A stretch of DNA of 64,000 nucleotides, taken from assembly GCA_963736115.1 (NCBI GenBank), contig CAVTNR010000002.1, forward strand, positions 46,046-110,045. Reading direction: 5' to 3'. This DNA comes from an uncultured bacterium (GTDB taxonomy: Bacteria > Zhuqueibacterota > QNDG01 > DTFT01). Below the pieces are notes generated by a model that did no database searches, was not told where the DNA came from, and saw only the letters and a program-made list of their open reading frames with translations. The position numbers and the translations under genes are program-made. Below are positions 28,243 to 38,084 of this stretch, piece after piece. How positions within the stretch are numbered: the stretch's first letter is position 1; every line of letters begins with the position of its first letter.

Positions 28243-29354
28243 TCAGATCAGTTTATCGGCCGGTGTGTATTTTAGATCGAACGCCTGGGCGACCGCCGAA
28301 TGGGTGATCTCGCCCTTGTACATGTTGAGGCCCGTCCGGATCTCCAGAGATGTGCGGATCAGCACGTCCATCGCGACGTCCGCGATCCGGATGATGTAAG
28401 GCAGGGTGGCATTCGTCAGGGCGATAGTGGACGTGTAGGGCACGGCGCCCGGCATATTGGCCACGCCGTAGTGGATCACGCCGTCCACGACGAAGGTCGG
28501 ATGGTCGTGCGTTGTCGGTTTGGAGGTCTCGATGCACCCGCCCTGATCGACCGAGACATCGACGATCACGGAACCCGGACGCAGAAGCGACAGCATGTCG
28601 CGGGTCACGAGCCGCGGGGCCTTGGCCCCCACAACCAGGATGGCTCCGATCAGGAGGTCGGTGAAGGGAAGCAGATCCCGGAGGTTGTACTCGTTGGAAA
28701 AGACGGTCACCACGTTTTCGGCATCACGTCCTGGAGATACCGGAGCCGGTTCAAGTTGCTGTCGAGAATGTACACCTCGGCGCCCATGCCCGCGGCGATC
28801 TTGGCCGCGTTCGTCCCCACGACGCCGCCGCCGAGAATGGTGACCACGCCGGGAGGCGCGCCGGGAACGCCGCCCAGGAGAACGCCGCGGCCCCCGTTGA
28901 ATTTCTCCAGGAAACGGGCGCCTTCCTGCGTGGCCATACGTCCGGCGACCTCGCTCATGGGAACAAGAAGCGGCAGACTTCCGTCCGGCAGTTCGACAGT
29001 CTCATAGGCGACCGCCGCGGCCCCTGTTTTCTGAAAATCCGCGGTCAGCTGTCTGTCCGCGGCGAAGTGAAAGTAGGTGAATACGATCTGCCCGCGCCGG
29101 ATCATCAAAATTTCCGAAGGCTGGGGTTCCTTCACCTTGACGATCATGTCCGCTTCCCGGAACAAGTCCCCGGCTGTATCGACGAGCAGACAGCCGGCGG
29201 ACCGATACTGCTCGTCCTGGAAACCGCTGTTCTGTCCGGCTCCTCTCTGGACGAAAACTCGGTGTCCGCGCTTGGTGAGCTCCGCAGCGCCGTGCGGCGT
29301 CATGGAGACGCGGTTTTCCGCGGTCTTGATCTCGGTCGGGACGCCGATTTTCAT
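28243..29354 (-). pseudogene. ald: Alanine dehydrogenase interrupted by a 1-nt frameshift
   Basis: ATG 29354 with GAGGAG RBS. N-terminal ORF: 'MKIGVPTEIKTAENRV', 'PLLVPMSEVAGRMA', 'ILGGGVVGTNAAKIAAGMGA', stopping after 'LRYLQDVMP'. The next frame continues 'ENVVTVFSNEYNLRDLL...VVGAKAPRLVTRDM...DVSVDQGGC...NMPGAVP'. The shift is at ~28720. Confidence 0.85.
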
Positions 29355-29530
29355 ATGGAACTCCTCGCTTAAGACAGTTGAATATTCCGGGGAATATTCA
29401 AATATATCCATGCATCCTGATAAAGTCAAGATGATGTTATAGGCTGGAAACCGGCCATTCGGAAATGATGAATCGGACCGACTCGGTTATTCGGGAAAAT
29501 GACGGAATATTCTGTTCTTCTATTAATTAT

Positions 29531-29559
29531 TTGACTTGAATTGAGAATCATTGTACATT
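29531..29559 (+). promoter_or_regulatory. Sigma70-type promoter candidate for the DAK2-DegV gene
   Basis: TTGACT (29531-29536) - 17 nt - TACATT (29554-29559) in an AT-rich divergent intergenic region. Confidence 0.5.
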
Positions 29560-29609
29560 AAAATCTTCCTCCCGATTTACGGATAGCGGAACTCGACAGG
29601 GGAGAACCC

Positions 29610-31391
29610 ATGAAATTACGGCATCTGGACGGCGAAAGTCTGTATTACGCCTTCTTCCACGGCCGGCGCGCGGTGGTTCACCGGCAGAAGCACCTGAACA
29701 AGATCAACGTCTTTCCGGTCGCGGACGGCGACACGGGAACCAACCTTGCCATGACCATGCATTCCATGATTGAAGGCACATCGGGGACCGGAACCGTCGC
29801 GTCGGTGAGCCGAGGCATGGCGGACGCGGCCCTGTCCGGATCCAGGGGCAATTCCGGAATCATATTCGCCCAGTTCGTCCGCGGCCTGAGCGAGGCGGTT
29901 CAGGGCAAGGATAAACTGGACAAAAAAGAGTTCACCCAGGCCGCACGGCGCGCGGTGGATTCAGCCTACAAGGCCCTGGCCAAACCCGTGGAAGGGACCA
30001 TCCTCACCGTGATGCGCGCCTGGGTCAATGCGCTCGACGCGCTGCATGAAAAAAAAGCGAGTTTTGTGGGTCTGTTTCACGAGTCGCTGGTCGCGGCACG
30101 CCGCGCGCTGCAGGAAACGCCGAAAATGATGAAAGCCCTCGAGAAGGCGAAAGTCGTCGACGCCGGCGCTGAGGGCTTCGTCACCTTTCTCGAAGGCGTG
30201 ATGCATTTCGTCCGTTCCGGCGAAAAGCCGGAATTGCTGAACGAACCCTTGGCCGCCGCGGAAGCGCAGGACACGCACATGCTGCAGCCCGATGGGGAGA
30301 TCCGGCATCGGTACTGCACGGAATTGCTCCTGGAAGGGAAGGATCTTTCTCTTGACGCGGTCCGCGCGGCAGTGGAGAACATGGGGGACTCCGCGGCCGT
30401 GGCCGGGGGCGGCGACCGCCTGCGGGTTCACATCCACACGAATGAGCCTTGGAAGGTATACGAGACCTGTTCGCGGATCGGGCATATTGCGAAGCAGAAA
30501 GTCGATGACATGATCCGCCAGAACCAGATCGCACATCACCGCCGCGCCGGCATCGCGGTGGTCACCGATTCGGCATGCGATCTGCCGCAGGAGTGGCTGG
30601 ACCGTTTCCAGATCCACGTCGTCCCGCTCAATCTCGCGTTCGGCGAGAAACAATACCTGGACCAGCTCACGGTCAAGCCCGGCCAGTTCTACCGCATGCT
30701 GGACGAGGAACCGGACTTCCCCAAAACCTCACAACCCCCGGCGGCCGTTTTCGCGGACCTGTATCGCCGGCTCTCCCATCATTATCACTCGATCATTTCC
30801 ATCCATCTGTCCGGCGGCCTGTCCGGTACGCTCAACTCGGCGCGCCTGGCCGCGGAGCAGGTGACGGGCGTGTCCATTGCGGTGGTGGACTCGAAAAATC
30901 TGTCCTCGAGCCTCGGCCTCATGGTGGTGACCGTCGCCGAAGCGGTCGCTGCGGGAAAGCGCTTCGCGGACGTGGTCCGGCTCGCAGAATCCCTGCCGGG
31001 GAAAACGCGCATTCTGGTCGGCGTCCCGGCCCTCAAGTCCTACATCCGGGGCGGACGCATCTCGCCGCTCAAGGGCTGGATCGCCAATTTACTGAACCTC
31101 AAACCGATCATCTCGATCAATGCCGAAGGCAAGGGCATCCTGTTCGGCAAGGCGTTTTCCAGGAGCAAAAATCTGGAGAAAATCGTCGACATCCTTTCGC
31201 GACTGCACCAGAAAACCCCGGTCCGCAGGTATGTGGTGGGTCATACGGCGGACGAACCGGCCGCCCGGGCCTTCGCAGAAAAGATCGAGCTGGAAATCGG
31301 AATGAAACCCGAATTCATCGCTTCGATCTCGCCAGTGATCGGTGCGCACGCCGGTCCCGGATCCGTGTGCGTGTGTTTCATGACGGATTGA
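29610..31391 (+). CDS. DAK2 domain (YloV-like) - DegV domain fusion protein
   Basis: N-terminal 'FPVADGDTGTNL'. The C-terminal half starts 'IAVVTDSACDLP' (DegV fatty-acid-binding fold signature). Confidence 0.85.
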   Translation: MKLRHLDGESLYYAFFHGRRAVVHRQKHLNKINVFPVADGDTGTNLAMTMHSMIEGTSGTGTVASVSRGMADAALSGSRGNSGIIFAQFVRGLSEAVQGKDKLDKKEFTQAARRAVDSAYKALAKPVEGTILTVMRAWVNALDALHEKKASFVGLFHESLVAARRALQETPKMMKALEKAKVVDAGAEGFVTFLEGVMHFVRSGEKPELLNEPLAAAEAQDTHMLQPDGEIRHRYCTELLLEGKDLSLDAVRAAVENMGDSAAVAGGGDRLRVHIHTNEPWKVYETCSRIGHIAKQKVDDMIRQNQIAHHRRAGIAVVTDSACDLPQEWLDRFQIHVVPLNLAFGEKQYLDQLTVKPGQFYRMLDEEPDFPKTSQPPAAVFADLYRRLSHHYHSIISIHLSGGLSGTLNSARLAAEQVTGVSIAVVDSKNLSSSLGLMVVTVAEAVAAGKRFADVVRLAESLPGKTRILVGVPALKSYIRGGRISPLKGWIANLLNLKPIISINAEGKGILFGKAFSRSKNLEKIVDILSRLHQKTPVRRYVVGHTADEPAARAFAEKIELEIGMKPEFIASISPVIGAHAGPGSVCVCFMTD

Positions 31392-31431
31392 CGAATCATT
31401 AAACGCTGAGATTCAAGCAAATCGTCTCAAT

Positions 31432-31458
31432 GTCATCCCCGCGCAAGCGGGGATCCAG
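31432..31458. repeat. Short-form family B hairpin
   Basis: GTCATCCCCGCGCAAGCGGGGATCCAG: 8-bp stem ATCCCCGC/GCGGGGAT with loop GCAA. Confidence 0.8.
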
Positions 31459-31613
31459 TCTTCCGTTATCCGGATAAATGGATCCTTGTGGAGGATTCTG
31501 AGATCCCTCGCCAGCGAAACAAGATTCGGTTTATCACGAAATACATCTATTATTAATGGAATAATCCACTGCAGACACACGCCCAAATCACCGCCGCATT
31601 CCTCTTCGTCTAC

Positions 31614-32345
31614 ATGACGGCCTTCTACCTGGCCGCGCGCCGACTCCGCAACAACGGCCTGGCGGATACGGCCTGGGGCCTGGGATTCGTCCTGGTCGCC
31701 TGGCTGAACCTTTTCCTGTCCGGCTCGGCAACGGCCCGGTCCCTTACGGTCACCGCTCTGGTGACAGCCTGGGGCCTCCGGCTCGCGCTCCATATTTTCG
31801 CCCGCAACCGCGGGAAGACCGAGGATTTCCGGTATGCGGAAATGCGGCGGAAATGGGGCCATCATGCGGAATTGAAAAGCTACGGTAACGTCTTCCTTCT
31901 GCAGGGTTTTCTTCTTTATGTCATCGCCTGGCCCATCGTGCTGGCGAATACGGCCGCGGTCAATGAGGGGTTCGGAGTCCTGGAATCGCTCGGCCTCGCA
32001 GTCTGGATAACCGGCTTCGTCTTCGAAGCCGTTTCCGACCGCCAGCTCCGCGATTTCATCCGGAAGGGTAAAACGCCGGAGAACCCGTACATGACCGAAG
32101 GCTTGTGGAAATACACCCGCCATCCCAATTACTTCGGCGAGGCGCTTCTCTGGTGGGGCGTTTTCCTGCTCGCGGTCCGCTCCCCGCTCGGATGGACCGG
32201 CATCGTCAGCCCATTTCTTATCGGATTTCTGGTCCGTTTCGTCTCCGGCGTGCCGCTTCTCGAAAAAAAGCACCTGCAGGATCCCCGGTACCGTCCGTAC
32301 GCGGAACGGACGAACGTGTTTTTTCCGTGGATACCGAAAAAATGA
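31614..32345 (+). CDS. DUF1295 / steroid 5-alpha-reductase-like membrane protein
   Basis: 'GLWKYTRHPNYFGEALLWWG'. The frame is open upstream to 31557 through a hydrophobic stretch (ITAAFLFVY), so the true start may be a non-ATG codon upstream. Confidence 0.8.
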   Translation: MTAFYLAARRLRNNGLADTAWGLGFVLVAWLNLFLSGSATARSLTVTALVTAWGLRLALHIFARNRGKTEDFRYAEMRRKWGHHAELKSYGNVFLLQGFLLYVIAWPIVLANTAAVNEGFGVLESLGLAVWITGFVFEAVSDRQLRDFIRKGKTPENPYMTEGLWKYTRHPNYFGEALLWWGVFLLAVRSPLGWTGIVSPFLIGFLVRFVSGVPLLEKKHLQDPRYRPYAERTNVFFPWIPKK

Positions 32346-33352
32346 GAAAATCGCTGATCCGGGCCGTTCTGGCCGTACTGCTCGCCTCCGGACTTCGTGC
32401 CCAATCCCCCGACTCCCTCCTGCTCCCCGGCATCCGGCTCACGCTCGCATGCGATTTCGACGCCGCCTTATATGTCTTCCGTTCCTACTGCCGTACGCAC
32501 CCGCACGACCCCGCGGGACCTTTCTATGTCGCGGCCACATACCAGTCCGCAATGATGGATGCGGAATCGGACCGGTACGAGAAGGAATTTTTCGAGGCCG
32601 TCAGCCGGTCCATACGCATGGCCGACTCCCTGATCGCGGCCGGACGGCCGGACAGCCGGGTTTATTTCCACCTTGGGAACGCCTGGAGCTACAAGGGCCT
32701 GTACGAAGCCAAGCGGGGCGGCCTGGCCACGGGCGTACTGCACGCCCACCGGGGCGTGGGCTACCTGGAAAAGGCACTGGAAGCGGACTCCCTGTATGAA
32801 GACGCCTACCTCGGAGTCGGCAGTTACAAATACTGGTCCGGCCGTTATTACAAATACCTGCGCTGGCTTCCCTGGATCCGCGACGAACGCGACCTCGGCA
32901 TCCGGCTGGTCCGGCGCGTAATCGAGAAGGGAACCCTCTCCCGCTGGGTCGGAATGAGCAGTCTGGGCTGGATCGAGTATGACCGGAAGAACTACAAAGA
33001 AAGTCTAAGACTTTTCAGGCAGGGGCTGGCCGAATTCCCCGGAAGCCGTTTTTTCCTGTGGGGGGAAGCGGACTGTCTTTTCGCGGACGGGGATTACCCT
33101 GAGGCGGTCGCACGGTATGAGAATCTGCTCGCTTCCATTCTCGGGGATAAAACCCAGAGCGGTTACAACGAGGCGGAATGCCGCACCAAGCTGATGACGG
33201 CCTATGACAAAATCGGCCGTCCGGAAGCTGCTGAGGCGCAGGCCCGTGCCGTGCTGGCCATACAGGCGGATCCGACCGTGAGAAAACGGATGGAACGTCA
33301 GCGCAAGGCCGCGGCCGAATGGCTCGACCGGAATCGCGGAGGGACTCGGTGA
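32342..33352 (+). CDS. TPR-repeat secreted protein
   Basis: ATG 32342 overlaps the upstream stop (ATGA). Signal peptide 'MRKSLIRAVLAVLLASGLRAQ'. TPR-like helical repeats (e.g. 'GDYPEAVARYENLL'). Confidence 0.8.
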   Translation: MRKSLIRAVLAVLLASGLRAQSPDSLLLPGIRLTLACDFDAALYVFRSYCRTHPHDPAGPFYVAATYQSAMMDAESDRYEKEFFEAVSRSIRMADSLIAAGRPDSRVYFHLGNAWSYKGLYEAKRGGLATGVLHAHRGVGYLEKALEADSLYEDAYLGVGSYKYWSGRYYKYLRWLPWIRDERDLGIRLVRRVIEKGTLSRWVGMSSLGWIEYDRKNYKESLRLFRQGLAEFPGSRFFLWGEADCLFADGDYPEAVARYENLLASILGDKTQSGYNEAECRTKLMTAYDKIGRPEAAEAQARAVLAIQADPTVRKRMERQRKAAAEWLDRNRGGTR

Positions 33353-34473
33353 GACGCCGTCTTTCCGTTGCAGCCGCGGCGCTCATTCTGCTGGCGGCAC
33401 TCCGGCCGGGCGTCGGCATGTCCCGGTCGCTCGAGGACAGCCTGAGGTTGGACATAGAGGACGGTCGGCTGGATGCTTTTTCGAAAATCGAAGCCGCCTT
33501 CATCCTGTCCGGCGTCGAGGATCCGGACAGCCTCACCGCCTGTGTGGACTGGCATCAGAGTATTGTCCAGACCATTGAAAACTTCCGCTTCCAGATGACG
33601 GACCGCGCCGGGTCAAGCCGTCGCGTATTCGCCTGGCTGCACGGCGCCTGGCTCGTGCGATACGACGCGGAAGCCACCACGTTGACGGACGTACGCAACC
33701 GTAAAACCTACAACTGCGTTTCCGGCACTATTCTCTTCAATCTGACCTGCGAAACGCTCGGCTGGTCCACGGACGCTTTTGAAACGCCCACCCACGTCTA
33801 TACCTTTTTCAACAACTATACGGAGCGGATTCCCATCGAAAACACGTCGCCCATGGGGTTCGATATCATGAAAAATCTGGGCGAATACTCCCGCTTCCTC
33901 CTGCAGTATTATCCCGGCAACCGCGCCGCGCGCATCGGACTCGACCGGCTCTTCGCGCATGAAAACGGGAAAGGCCGCGAGATCAACAACACCGAACTGC
34001 TGGGCCTGCTCGCGTACAACCGCGCCTTTTTCGCGCGCAAGGACAGCAGTTACGAACGGGCCTGGAATTACGTCCTGCTCGCTCGCAGGTTCAACCGGGA
34101 TTCCCGCTCGAATGTTGATTTCGAAATCGGCCTGACCTTCGAATGGGGATCCGTCCTGCTCAAGCGGGGCGAAAACCGGACCGCGTTCGAGACATACGCC
34201 GAAGGCTTCCGCCGTTTCCCGGACATCGGCGATCTGCGGCAGAACGCCAGGGCGGCTTTCTTCCGTTTTCTCCATACGCCGCAGTCGTGGAATTCGGTAC
34301 GGCCCGTGCTCGACGCGGCTCTCGATTTGCCGGCCTGGAACCGCGGCGATCTTCCCTTCCTCAGGAACCGGCTCGCCCTCCTGCTTTCCTCCAGTCCGGA
34401 CCAGGCTGTCGCGGACGAAATCCGCGCTTATCTCGACGCGCTTCCCGGCTTGGCGGAGGAGTTGAAAAACTGA
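33349..34473 (+). CDS. Hypothetical exported protein; possible transglutaminase-like Cys-His core plus helical-repeat C-terminus
   Basis: GTG 33349 overlaps the upstream stop (GTGA); the alternative ATG 33319 is in the same frame. Signal-like 'LSVAAAALILLAAL'. 'YNCVSGTILFNLTCETLGW...THVYTFF' resembles a TGase-like C...H arrangement (weak). Confidence 0.65.
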   Translation: MRRRLSVAAAALILLAALRPGVGMSRSLEDSLRLDIEDGRLDAFSKIEAAFILSGVEDPDSLTACVDWHQSIVQTIENFRFQMTDRAGSSRRVFAWLHGAWLVRYDAEATTLTDVRNRKTYNCVSGTILFNLTCETLGWSTDAFETPTHVYTFFNNYTERIPIENTSPMGFDIMKNLGEYSRFLLQYYPGNRAARIGLDRLFAHENGKGREINNTELLGLLAYNRAFFARKDSSYERAWNYVLLARRFNRDSRSNVDFEIGLTFEWGSVLLKRGENRTAFETYAEGFRRFPDIGDLRQNARAAFFRFLHTPQSWNSVRPVLDAALDLPAWNRGDLPFLRNRLALLLSSSPDQAVADEIRAYLDALPGLAEELKN

Positions 34474-34487
34474 TTTCGCGGGAATGA

Positions 34488-34513
34488 CCGGAAACCGATA
34501 AATCGGTTTCCGG
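34488..34513 (+). terminator. Perfect 11-bp hairpin downstream of the operon (no T-tract)
   Basis: CCGGAAACCGA-TAAA-TCGGTTTCCGG. A second REP-like hairpin, CCCACGAC-TGAA-GTCGTGGG, is at 34538-34557. Confidence 0.4.
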
Positions 34514-34728
34514 GAGGGGACAATCATTCACAATTTCCCACGACTGAAGTCGTGGGCTCCGAATCCCGTTCCCCTTCCCGGTTTTTCGAGGGAATCCATC
34601 AGAAATCCGTGGCCCCGGCGGACACACCCGATTGATAAATATGATCTTACGATTCGGCATGCCGTTTGCGTGAAATGGTCCGTCAACCTCCTGACGCAAT
34701 CCCGCATGTTTCGAAAGGAAGCCGGCAT

Positions 34729-37700
34729 ATGAAAAGAACAACCCTGTTTTTCAGCCTGGCGATTGCCTTCGCCCTGTCCGGAATCCGGCCCCCCGACGCG
34801 GGTGCGGCCGGGACCGCGGACTCGCCCGCAAGCCGTTTCGAACGTCTCCGAATGCACAGGAACGTATGGCAAAAAGTTCTGGAAAGAAACGCCGGTTTCA
34901 CGGCCGTCCGGATCTCGAGCGCGGACGACACCACTGGATCCATTTCCGGATTCGTCCTGGGGCTGGACTCAGTCGCGGTGCAAACCGCTTATGTCGAAGC
35001 CATCCCGATCCTCAGCATCGTGGACCGGGACACGGTTTTTGGGCCGAGCCATGGCGGCGTTTCCCGGGTCAGTCCCGATGACTTGTCATTCTCGATCACC
35101 GGCCTGGCTCCAGGCCCGTACTGGGTCTATGCCTGCGCGGACGGTTATACCCCCGAATACTACAACGGGGGCGGTGATTTCCCGGAAGCGGACACGGTGC
35201 ATGTGGAGCCTGACCTGGACGTGTCGGGAATCGTTTTCAACCTGCAGAAAATCACACCCGGAACCGGCGGATTATCCGGATTCATTCTGGACGAGGCGGA
35301 CGGGGCGCCGATCGGGGATGCCTGGGTCACAGCCGTGGCCTCATGGGAGCCCTACACCTATGGCAGGGCAATGACGGATAAACAGGGCCGCTTTGTCATC
35401 GGCGGACTGAAATCCGGGGCCTACACGCTTTCCGCGGGCGCTGAGGGATACATCGAGGAATTCTATTACAATGCGCCTGTCTGGGAGCTCGCCTCAGCCG
35501 TGACCGTCACCGAACCGGACACCGTTTCCGGACTCGTCATCCGCCTGACCGAGGGCGGCACTGTATCCGGACGCGTGACGGACAAGGAAGGAGGCCCCGT
35601 CTCCGACGCCTGGATACAGGTTTACTCGGACGCGTCCGGCGATTCGACATGGATGGATTCGACCCGGACGGAGGCGCGCAAGTTCGATGCCGGCGCCTCC
35701 ACGGAAGAGGACGGCACTTACCGGATCACCGGCATACCGGAGGGCGAATACTTCGTCACCGCTTACTCACAGTGGAATCCCTGGATGCAGAACCAGATTT
35801 GGTACGACGGCGCGACGGATCCCTCGTCCGCGACGCGGGTTCCGGTCCGATCCGGAGTTGAAACGCCGGGCATCGATTTCGTTTTCGATTTCACCGCTGC
35901 GGACGGCTCCGTTTCCGGACGCGTCACCGATCTGGACGGCAGGCCGATCGAGTATGCGCAAGTCCAGCTTTTTTCGGACGGATCCGACGCCTGGGGGAAC
36001 TCGATTTGGATGACCGCCTCGACCGACGCGAACGGCGATTACAGCCTGTATTTCGTCCCAGAAGGCCGGTATTATGTCAACTGCTGGGCCCAGGCCGGAT
36101 GGTCGAGCGTATTCCGCTACTGGCCCGATTCCGAGGATTTCGCGGGCGCACAGTTGATTTCCGTAGATGGTGTCACCGCGGTAGCCAACGTGGATTTCAT
36201 TCTGCCGTTGGCGCCGGGCACGGCTTCCGTTGAGGGAACCGTGACCGATGCCGCCGGACATCCGCTGACCGGCGCGTATGTTGAAATCAATCCATTCCAG
36301 TCCGGAGCCGCGGACTCAGGCAAGTCGGGAAAGGAGTTCTGCGCCTGGGCATATTCGGACAGCGACGGCGTGTACCGGGTGAAGGGACTGCCCGCGGGAC
36401 CGGTTCAGGTCCATTGCTCCTACTGGGAAAACGAAAGCCGCGGCGAGGAATGGTACAGCGGCGCGTCCGTCCCTGAAGATGCGGATCCGGTGACCCTGTC
36501 GGACGGCCAGATGGTATCCGGCATCGATTTCAGCCTGACGGTCCGCCGCTTCTACGGCAGCATCGCGGGAACCGTCATGGACGCGGAAACCGGAGCCCCG
36601 GTTCCGGGTGCGGTGGTGGAGATTCAGCCGCTTCGGTCCGATTGGGTCGGTTTCTGGCGGGGCACGATGAAAACCACACTGATCACGGACGCGGAGGGGA
36701 AGTACAGCGCGGAACGGCTGCTGCCCGGCGTCTATCTTTTGTCCGCCTATCGGAAAGGCGGATTCTCCTATTACCGGAACGCACCTGTTCCGGAGATGGC
36801 GGATTCCATGGCTCTGGAAGGAGGCGGGGAATTGACCGCCGATTTCAGCCTGGTTATCCGGAATGAAGGCCCCGGTATCATCCGCGGCACCGTGACGTAC
36901 GGACTCGGAGGCCCCCTGAGAGGCGGGTTGGAGGAAACCGGACCGGACGGCACGTCTGCGGGCCGGTCGCGTCTGCTCAAGGCCGACTCGGATATGCCGT
37001 TCCCGTATGCGGTCGTCATCGCCAAGCCCGTGGTCACCATCCAATCATGGCCCGAATCCGAGCGGTTCTACAACACCTTATCGGCTCAGGACGGTTCCTA
37101 CGAACTGACCGGACTGCCCGCGGGTGAATACTACGTCTGGAGCTTCGGCGGCTCAACAGCACCCCAGTACTGGGATCATACCACGGATCCCGCTCAGGCG
37201 CAAACCATCCAGGTTGAAGCAGGCACGCCCGCGGATGGCGTCGATTTCGAGCTCGACCAGATGCTGTTCTACGCATTCGACGCCATCGCGCCCGGCCGCA
37301 ATCAGAACGCCGCATCCGTGCATGGAACCGTGCAGGACGGAAGCGGCGAACCGGTTTCATCCGCGGTCGTGCTTCTCCTGAACATCAGCGGACAGGCCGT
37401 GTCTTCCGCGGTCACGGGGCCGGACGGCGTCTATGCGCTTTCGGCCGCGGCCGGAGACTACGTTCTGCAGGCGGGTAAACTCGGGTACGGCACGGCTTTC
37501 AACGGCGGCGCCAAAAGCGCGGAGGAAGCGGTAGCCGTGAGGCTTGAAACCGGTTCCCTTGAGGTGAACTTTTCTCTCGGCGCGGCAAGCGCGGTCCCGC
37601 AGGGGCCGGTTCTTCCGGACCGGATGACCCTCGACGGAAATTATCCCAACCCGTTCAACCCCTCCACCGTGATCCGGTTCGCATTGCCCGCGGCCGGGAG

Positions 37701-37896
37701 GGCGAAGCTGACCGTTCTGGACGGCAGGGGCCGGACCCTCCGCGTTCTGATGGACGGTCGTATTGCGGCGGGCCGCCATCAGGCGGTCTGGAACGCCACG
37801 GACGGGAACGGCCGGCCGGTCCCGAGCGGTTTGTATTTCTATCGGCTGCAGACCGGCGAAGGAACGCGGACAGGCAAGATGCTGTTCCTTCGCTGA
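34729..37896 (+). CDS. Large secreted protein with multiple carboxypeptidase-regulatory-like (CarboxypepD_reg) repeats and T9SS-type C-terminal sorting domain
   Basis: ATG 34729 and signal peptide 'MKRTTLFFSLAIAFALSGI'. Repeated 'G(T/S)(V/I)SGRVTD..G.P...A.V' modules. C-terminus 'NYPNPFNPSTVIRFALP...SGLYFYRLQTG...GKMLFLR'. Confidence 0.85.
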   Translation: MKRTTLFFSLAIAFALSGIRPPDAGAAGTADSPASRFERLRMHRNVWQKVLERNAGFTAVRISSADDTTGSISGFVLGLDSVAVQTAYVEAIPILSIVDRDTVFGPSHGGVSRVSPDDLSFSITGLAPGPYWVYACADGYTPEYYNGGGDFPEADTVHVEPDLDVSGIVFNLQKITPGTGGLSGFILDEADGAPIGDAWVTAVASWEPYTYGRAMTDKQGRFVIGGLKSGAYTLSAGAEGYIEEFYYNAPVWELASAVTVTEPDTVSGLVIRLTEGGTVSGRVTDKEGGPVSDAWIQVYSDASGDSTWMDSTRTEARKFDAGASTEEDGTYRITGIPEGEYFVTAYSQWNPWMQNQIWYDGATDPSSATRVPVRSGVETPGIDFVFDFTAADGSVSGRVTDLDGRPIEYAQVQLFSDGSDAWGNSIWMTASTDANGDYSLYFVPEGRYYVNCWAQAGWSSVFRYWPDSEDFAGAQLISVDGVTAVANVDFILPLAPGTASVEGTVTDAAGHPLTGAYVEINPFQSGAADSGKSGKEFCAWAYSDSDGVYRVKGLPAGPVQVHCSYWENESRGEEWYSGASVPEDADPVTLSDGQMVSGIDFSLTVRRFYGSIAGTVMDAETGAPVPGAVVEIQPLRSDWVGFWRGTMKTTLITDAEGKYSAERLLPGVYLLSAYRKGGFSYYRNAPVPEMADSMALEGGGELTADFSLVIRNEGPGIIRGTVTYGLGGPLRGGLEETGPDGTSAGRSRLLKADSDMPFPYAVVIAKPVVTIQSWPESERFYNTLSAQDGSYELTGLPAGEYYVWSFGGSTAPQYWDHTTDPAQAQTIQVEAGTPADGVDFELDQMLFYAFDAIAPGRNQNAASVHGTVQDGSGEPVSSAVVLLLNISGQAVSSAVTGPDGVYALSAAAGDYVLQAGKLGYGTAFNGGAKSAEEAVAVRLETGSLEVNFSLGAASAVPQGPVLPDRMTLDGNYPNPFNPSTVIRFALPAAGRAKLTVLDGRGRTLRVLMDGRIAAGRHQAVWNATDGNGRPVPSGLYFYRLQTGEGTRTGKMLFLR

Positions 37897-37906
37897 TACC
37901 GGATCC

Positions 37907-38049
37907 GAATCTGTCAGCGAGCGTATTCCCCGGCTTCGCCGGACCAAGCTATCGGATTATTTCATTATTGAAGGCCCGCGGCTTGTCTTCAATAACTTAG
38001 AAATACAATAGCTTGATCCCGCGCAGCGGGCGGCGGGGAGCTTCAATCC
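37907..38049. repeat. Family A mosaic repeat cluster in reverse orientation
   Basis: GAATCTGTCAGCGAGCGTATTCCCCGGCTTCGCCGGACCAAGC ... ATTGAAGGCCCGCGGCTTGTCTTCAAT ... GCTTGATCCCGCGCAGCGGGCGGCGGGGAGCTTCAATCC. The last unit is the reverse complement of 2345-2383 with one indel. Confidence 0.85.
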
Positions 38050-38055
38050 AGTCAG

Positions 38056-38082
38056 GCCGGCTCCATTGGAGCCGGCTTTTTT
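38056..38082 (+). terminator. Rho-independent terminator of the large T9SS-cargo gene
   Basis: GCCGGCTCC-ATT-GGAGCCGGC followed by TTTTTT. Confidence 0.8.
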
Positions 38083-38084
38083 AT

